Source: Acidimicrobiia bacterium
GTDB taxonomy: Bacteria > Actinomycetota > Acidimicrobiia > Spongiisociales > JAENVV01
Direction: 5' to 3'
NCBI GenBank assembly: GCA_041628225.1
Contig: JBFKPQ010000002.1
Location: 824 to 64,823, forward strand
DNA length: 64,000 nt
Under the pieces are notes generated by a model, which saw nothing but the letters and a program-made list of their open reading frames with translations, made no database searches and was not told the origin of the DNA. Below, one piece after another: positions 59,184 through 64,000 of the stretch. Both the position numbers and the translations under genes were made by a program. Position 1 is the stretch's first letter. The number at the start of each line of letters is the position of its first letter.

Positions 59184-59934
59184 CGGCGCGCGCCGCGGCC
59201 GGAAAGAGCCAGTACGTGCCGAGGATGACCACCGAGAACTCCAGGAGTTCCACCGTTCCCGCCATGACCAGTGGGATGGTGAGGTGGAGGCCGAGTCCGG
59301 CGACGATGAGGATCCGACGGTAGCGAGCCGACCAGAGGCCGATACCGAGGGCGATCTCGACGAGCGGGGTCATGACGGAAAGTAGCTGGGCCGATCCGAC
59401 CGCCCAGGCTGCTCGTTCTTCGATGAACCGGGCGAGCATCGCGCCGGACAGGAAGACGGGATTGACCTTGGTGAGGCCCGCTCCGATGTACACGATGCTG
59501 ACCTGTGCGCACATCAGGACGACCGGCCACGCCGCAACCGGCTCCGGGGTCCGGCCGCGACCATCGATCGACCACGCGGCCCCTGGGGTACTCAACAACG
59601 AGAGGCCCACCAGCAACCACAGCAGATAGGCGTGGTTCGAGTACAACTGCTGATCGAGCGCCACGGTCGTGGCCATCGCGATGAGGAGCACGACCCCGGC
59701 CGGTCTCGTCATCCAACCGACGGCATAGGCGATCGAGGCGGCGAGCCAGGCGGCCGCCAACGCCATGAGCCAAGGCGTGATCTCCCACGACAGGAACAGA
59801 GGGAGCCGGAGGGCGTCCGGCGCGGCGAGTTGGTCGAGGATGAGGATCGAGCGGACGGCGACGCTGGCCGACGTCACGCCGAGTGCGATCCGTGTCCCGG
59901 CCAGCGGGCGTGGATCGATGACGGCCGATGTCAT
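59125..59934 (-). CDS. polytopic membrane protein (HTTM/DoxX-like guess), hypothetical
   Basis: Start overlaps the upstream small-protein stop (ATGA at 59931-59934). At least six hydrophobic helices. Confidence 0.5.
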   Translation of the reverse strand: MTSAVIDPRPLAGTRIALGVTSASVAVRSILILDQLAAPDALRLPLFLSWEITPWLMALAAAWLAASIAYAVGWMTRPAGVVLLIAMATTVALDQQLYSNHAYLLWLLVGLSLLSTPGAAWSIDGRGRTPEPVAAWPVVLMCAQVSIVYIGAGLTKVNPVFLSGAMLARFIEERAAWAVGSAQLLSVMTPLVEIALGIGLWSARYRRILIVAGLGLHLTIPLVMAGTVELLEFSVVILGTYWLFPAAARAVRGRSQPSRPVDSSSTAPA

Positions 59935-60263
59935 CCGCACGGCACGGTCTCCGTCTCGCCGAGGCGGGTGATGGACACCGTCGGCGTCGCCTGGGTATCG
60001 CACAGCCAGGCGGCGATGCGAAGGCGGTCGTGGATGTCGGCACGCGCATGCGTGGCCAGCTCGTCGAGCGTTTTTTCCGTCGGCCCATCGGCCGTCTCAT
60101 AGCTGAAGAGTGTGATGTAGCCGGGATATGAGTACATCTGCCACCCGAAGCGTGCCGGGCGTTCGCGGGTCGTTGCGGCGAAGGCGAGGACGACCTGGAT
60201 CACGAGGTAGGCGACCATGAACGTGGCCACGAGCCGGCTGCGCACCGCCCGATGTTGCCACAC
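59931..60263 (-). CDS. small membrane protein (110 aa) with N-terminal TM and FGWQMYS motif, hypothetical
   Basis: VATFMVAYLVIQVVLAFA helix. Coupled to the downstream membrane protein. Confidence 0.45.
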   Translation of the reverse strand: MWQHRAVRSRLVATFMVAYLVIQVVLAFAATTRERPARFGWQMYSYPGYITLFSYETADGPTEKTLDELATHARADIHDRLRIAAWLCDTQATPTVSITRLGETETVPCG

Positions 60264-60264
60264 G

Positions 60265-60939
60265 TCAGGTCAATCGGAGCGGCAGACCGAGCTCGCCTGC
60301 CCGGGTCAACGCCTCGGCCCTCGTCTCCAGCGTCTTGATGAGAGCCATCAGGGTGTTCTGGCGGTTGCCGTGGTCCGGCACCGCCCAATCGATCCGGTTC
60401 CAGAGAGCGGGGTCGGGATCGGCGAGATCGTCCGCGCCCTCTCGAAGGCCGTCGGCGACCACCGCCACGTCGGCGACGGGCAGCCACCCACCGAGAGCTG
60501 CGGCGGTGGCGTTGTCGATCCGTTGGGTCATCTCGCGCGCCAACCGCTTGTGACCGAGGCGAGCGCCGAGCGAGCGAATCGGGTGGCCGGCGAGCGCGAT
60601 GCGCACGTCGATGGGTGGCCAGCGGAGAAAGGTCAACGCCTCGACGCACACGGTCGGTTGGATGAAGTCGGTCGGATTGGACACCGGTGTCAAGAACGGC
60701 GCCATCGATGCGGCGTAGAGCTCGATGGTGTAGGGCGGGTACTCCGGGTCGTCGAGCCAGTGCGCCTCGTCGTCGTCCTCTGGCGCCCAGATCCGGAGGT
60801 AATCCTTTGCCGGATCGTCGGCCTCGGCCTCGATGTCACGGACCCACCGCATCCAGGCGGTGCGGTCGATCGAGCGGCGGTCGAGGACGCGTTCGGCGAC
60901 GGCCGCATGGAATCCGTCGACGTCGATGGTCCAGATCAC
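60265..60939 (-). CDS. hypothetical protein (224 aa) translationally coupled to topA
   Basis: ATG overlaps the topA stop (ATGA at 60936-60939). Acidic, Trp-rich. No family recognised. Confidence 0.5.
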   Translation of the reverse strand: MIWTIDVDGFHAAVAERVLDRRSIDRTAWMRWVRDIEAEADDPAKDYLRIWAPEDDDEAHWLDDPEYPPYTIELYAASMAPFLTPVSNPTDFIQPTVCVEALTFLRWPPIDVRIALAGHPIRSLGARLGHKRLAREMTQRIDNATAAALGGWLPVADVAVVADGLREGADDLADPDPALWNRIDWAVPDHGNRQNTLMALIKTLETRAEALTRAGELGLPLRLT

Positions 60940-63521
60940 GTCCGGTCGCGCCGCAGTTGCAGCAGTTCGAACGCGCGCTCCTCGGTGATCGTTTCGGGAT
61001 CGTCGCCGGTGCGCAGCGAAGCATTCGTCTCGCCATCGGTCACATACGGTCCGTACCGGCCCTTCTTGAGGACGACCGGCTTTCCGGAAGCGGGATCCTC
61101 CCCGAACTCCTTGAGCGGCGCCGCGGTGCGCCGGCTCCGCTGCTTGGGTTCTGCCAGTTTGGCGATGGCCTCGTCGAGGCTGATCGTGAAGAGTTGGTCT
61201 TCCGTGTCGAGGGATCGGGTCTCCTTGCCCATCTTCAGGTACGGGCCGTACCGCCCGTTGAGCGCCTGGATCGGCTCCCCGGAATCCGGGTGTTCGCCGA
61301 CCATGCGGGGAAGCTGCAGCAGCTCGAGGGCCTGATCCAGCGTGACGTCGTCGAGGGACATGGTCTTGAACAGGGATGCCGTCTTGGGTTTCTGTTTCGA
61401 GCCCTCTTCCGGTTCGCCGAGCTGCACATACGGCCCGTAGCGGCCGGCCTTGGCGACGACGACGAGCCCCGAGTCCGGGTCTGAGCCCAGGATCTTGTCG
61501 CCGCTCGGGGCATCGAGCAGCTCCGTCGCTCGCTCGATCGTCAGCTCATCGGGAGGGAGATCCTCCGGGATGGAGGCGCGGTCGTCGCCGCGTTGGAGAT
61601 ACGGGCCGTACTGGCCGACGCGAGCCGCGATGTCACGCCCGTGCTCGTCGGTGCCGATCGGCAGCGAATTGACGACGCGCGGGTCGATCTGCTCGAGGCG
61701 CTCGTCCGCCACGAGCGCCTTCAGCCCTTCGTCCCCGAAGTAGAACCGGCGCAACCAGGGAGTGGGTTCTTGTTCACCCTCGGCGATCCGGTCGAGGTCG
61801 GACTCCATACGAGCGGTGAAGGCATAGTCGACCAGTTCCGGGAAATGTTCTTCGAGCAGATGGACAGTGGCGAATGCCGTGAACGACGGTACGAGGGCGC
61901 TGCCCTTCTTCCACACATACCCGCGCTGCTGAATGGTCGAGATGATCGAGGCGTAGGTGGACGGCCGGCCCACTCCGAGTTCCTCGAGGCGCCGCACGAG
62001 ACTCGCCTCCGTGAACCGGGCCGGCGGTTTCGTCTCGTGGCCCTTCGCCTCGACCGAGACCAGATCGGCGGCGTCGCCTGCGGACAGATCGGGGAGTCGG
62101 CGTTCCTGGTCGTCGAGTTCTGCATCGGGATCGTCCGACCCCTCGACGTAGGCGCGCAGGAAGCCGGGGAAGTGGATGATCTTGCCCGACGTCGCGAATT
62201 CTGTGTCGCGGCCGTCTGCCGCGGTGGCTCCGAGCCGGATCGAGACCGACTCTCCGCGCGCGTCCTTCATCTGGGAGGCGACGGTGCGTTTCCAGATCAG
62301 CTCGTACAGCTTCGCTTCGTCGGACGAGACGGCGCCGGCCACCTCGTCCGGGAGCCGAAAGGTGTCGCCCGCCGGGCGAATCGCCTCGTGCGCCTCCTGA
62401 GCTCCCTTGACCTTCTTCGCATAGGACCGCGCCTTGTCGGGCAGGTAGTCCTTGCCGTACATGTCGGCGATCTGACTGCGCGCGGCGGCCAGCGCCGTCT
62501 CGGACAGCGAGGTCGAATCGGTCCGCATGTAGGTGATGAAACCGTTCTCGTAGAGCCGCTGGGCTGCCGACATCGTGCGAGCCGACGAGAATCGCAGCTT
62601 GCGTCCCGCCTCCTGCTGCAGCGTCGAGGTACGAAACGGCGCGTAGGGCTTGCGGGTGTACGGCTTGGCCTCGACCGAACGGACGGTCGCCTCGGCGCCG
62701 TCGAGTGACTCCGCCAAGGCGATCGCGGCGGACTCGTCGAGCGTGACCGTGTCGTTCTTCTTGTTCGATCCGTCCGCCGCGAAGTCCTTGCCGGTGGCCA
62801 CCCTGCGACCGTCGACGGCAACCAACGTGGCGGAGAACCGGTCGGCATCCTTGGCGAACTCGCCCTCGAGATCCCAATAGGACGCCGACGTGAACGCCAT
62901 ACGCTCGCGCTCGCGCTCGACGACGATGCGCGTCGCCACGCTCTGGACGCGGCCGGCCGAGAGCTTCGGTCGGACCTTGCGCCAGAGCACCGGCGACACC
63001 TCGTACCCGTAGAGGCGATCGAGGACGCGGCGCGCTTCCTGAGCATCGACGAGGCGTTGATCGAGGTCACGCGGGTTGTTCAGTGCGTCGCTGATGGCGC
63101 CGGGGGTGATCTCGTGGAACACCATGCGCCGCACCGGCACCTTCGGTTTGAGAACCTCGAACAGGTGCCACGCGATGGATTCGCCTTCTCGATCTTCGTC
63201 GGTGGCGAGATACAGCTCGGACGCGTCGGCCACCAGCCGCTTCAGCTCCTTGACCGTGTCGCGCTTGTCCTTGGAGACGACGTACAGCGGCTCGAAGTCG
63301 TTGTCGACGTTGACGGCCAGTCTCGCCCACGGCTCGCCCTTGTACTTCGCCGGCACGTCGGCTGCCTTCGACGGGAGGTCGCGGATGTGACCGACCGAAC
63401 TCGCCACGACATAGTCACCGCCCAAATACTGGGCGATCGTGCGCGCCTTGGCAGGGGATTCGACGATGATGAGCGGCTTGGCCACGGCCGAGAGGTAACC
63501 CCGGGTCGCCGTGCTTGTCAA
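60936..63521 (-). CDS. topA: DNA topoisomerase I
   Basis: TOPRIM start KPLIIVESPAKARTIAQYLGG, active-site Tyr region, and C-terminal actinobacterial GRYGPYV repeats. TTG start at 63521 (16 aa before LIIVESP) or GTG at 63485. Confidence 0.9.
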   Translation of the reverse strand: MTSTATRGYLSAVAKPLIIVESPAKARTIAQYLGGDYVVASSVGHIRDLPSKAADVPAKYKGEPWARLAVNVDNDFEPLYVVSKDKRDTVKELKRLVADASELYLATDEDREGESIAWHLFEVLKPKVPVRRMVFHEITPGAISDALNNPRDLDQRLVDAQEARRVLDRLYGYEVSPVLWRKVRPKLSAGRVQSVATRIVVERERERMAFTSASYWDLEGEFAKDADRFSATLVAVDGRRVATGKDFAADGSNKKNDTVTLDESAAIALAESLDGAEATVRSVEAKPYTRKPYAPFRTSTLQQEAGRKLRFSSARTMSAAQRLYENGFITYMRTDSTSLSETALAAARSQIADMYGKDYLPDKARSYAKKVKGAQEAHEAIRPAGDTFRLPDEVAGAVSSDEAKLYELIWKRTVASQMKDARGESVSIRLGATAADGRDTEFATSGKIIHFPGFLRAYVEGSDDPDAELDDQERRLPDLSAGDAADLVSVEAKGHETKPPARFTEASLVRRLEELGVGRPSTYASIISTIQQRGYVWKKGSALVPSFTAFATVHLLEEHFPELVDYAFTARMESDLDRIAEGEQEPTPWLRRFYFGDEGLKALVADERLEQIDPRVVNSLPIGTDEHGRDIAARVGQYGPYLQRGDDRASIPEDLPPDELTIERATELLDAPSGDKILGSDPDSGLVVVAKAGRYGPYVQLGEPEEGSKQKPKTASLFKTMSLDDVTLDQALELLQLPRMVGEHPDSGEPIQALNGRYGPYLKMGKETRSLDTEDQLFTISLDEAIAKLAEPKQRSRRTAAPLKEFGEDPASGKPVVLKKGRYGPYVTDGETNASLRTGDDPETITEERAFELLQLRRDRT

Positions 63522-63585
63522 GGCGTGGCCGCCCCGGACCGCACGACCCGGCGGATAACCGACGCACTGATAACGTGGTCTCGGT

Positions 63586-64000
63586 ATGCGTGAACGCAGC
63601 GCTGCCAGAAGCCGGCTCGAACTCGTCGTACGCGGCCAGTTCGCACGGCTGTGGTGGGCGGGAGCCATCTCCAGTTTCGGTGATTGGGTCTCGCTGTTCG
63701 CCACCCTGGCCCTCGGCGACCTGATCGGTGGCGGAACCGGCACGATCGTCCCGCTCGTCGGACGGTTCGTGCCCGGATTGCTCTTCGGTGCCCTCGGCGG
63801 AGTACTGGCCGATCGACTGGACCGCAAGCGGACCATGATCTTCACCGATGTTGGCCGAGGCCTGCTCGTGTTGTCGCTCGTCTTCGTGGACACGCTCCCG
63901 CAATTGTTCGCCGTGTCGTTCGCTCTGGAGATGCTCTCGCTGCTCCGGCAACCGGCACGCGAGGCTGCCATGCCGACACTCGTCTCCAACCAGGAACTGC
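63586..64000 (+). CDS. MFS transporter, 3'-truncated by window edge
   Basis: MRERSAARSRLELVVRGQFARLWWAGAISSFGDWVSLFATLALGDL...LADRLDRKRTMI. Runs off the window end, so it is absent from the ORF track. Confidence 0.7.
   Translation, partial: MRERSAARSRLELVVRGQFARLWWAGAISSFGDWVSLFATLALGDLIGGGTGTIVPLVGRFVPGLLFGALGGVLADRLDRKRTMIFTDVGRGLLVLSLVFVDTLPQLFAVSFALEMLSLLRQPAREAAMPTLVSNQEL

Noticed and set aside
59120-60100. 326-aa Arg-rich minus-strand ORF
   Set aside because: It overlaps the two coupled membrane-protein genes in a different frame and has a low-complexity composition.

Overview
This is a high-GC actinobacterial-type chromosomal segment, densely packed with about 65 protein-coding genes and no rRNA, tRNA, CRISPR or IS element. 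Recognisable core loci are kgd (2-oxoglutarate dehydrogenase E1/E2-like), leuCD, topA, a hisC-like aminotransferase, hppA (membrane pyrophosphatase), an orphan fused E1 alpha/beta 2-oxoacid dehydrogenase, and a complete paaABCDE phenylacetyl-CoA oxygenase operon with a co-transcribed TetR regulator and an operator-like palindrome. Accessory content includes a conserved actinobacterial Tad/Flp pilus locus (tadZ-like, tadA, tadB, tadC, flp, two tadE-like), with the Flp prepilin gene below the ORF-track size cutoff. Other accessory genes are an MMPL/RND transporter with an expanded repeat-rich periplasmic domain, several MFS transporters, two GNATs, a MutT1-like NUDIX/histidine-phosphatase fusion, PIN-PhoH2, a DUF1998 (MrfA-like) helicase, an LCP protein and a CAP-domain protein. 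The most interesting region is the 5' end (1..4077): four translationally coupled genes encode a D-2-hydroxyacid dehydrogenase, a very PepM-like phosphoenolpyruvate mutase homolog with EDN in place of the canonical EDK motif, an ATP-grasp ligase and a FemAB-like GNAT acyltransferase. That architecture resembles phosphonolactate-type phosphonopeptide pathways and is probably the 3' part of a cryptic biosynthetic cluster continuing upstream of the window. A second notable feature is a 1225-aa membrane protein with a degenerate STAND/AAA-like N-terminus, TPR-like middle, one TM helix and a C-terminal extracytoplasmic PQQ beta-propeller. All calls are from reading the sequence and ORF translations only; no database searches were run, and start codons are often uncertain by a few codons.
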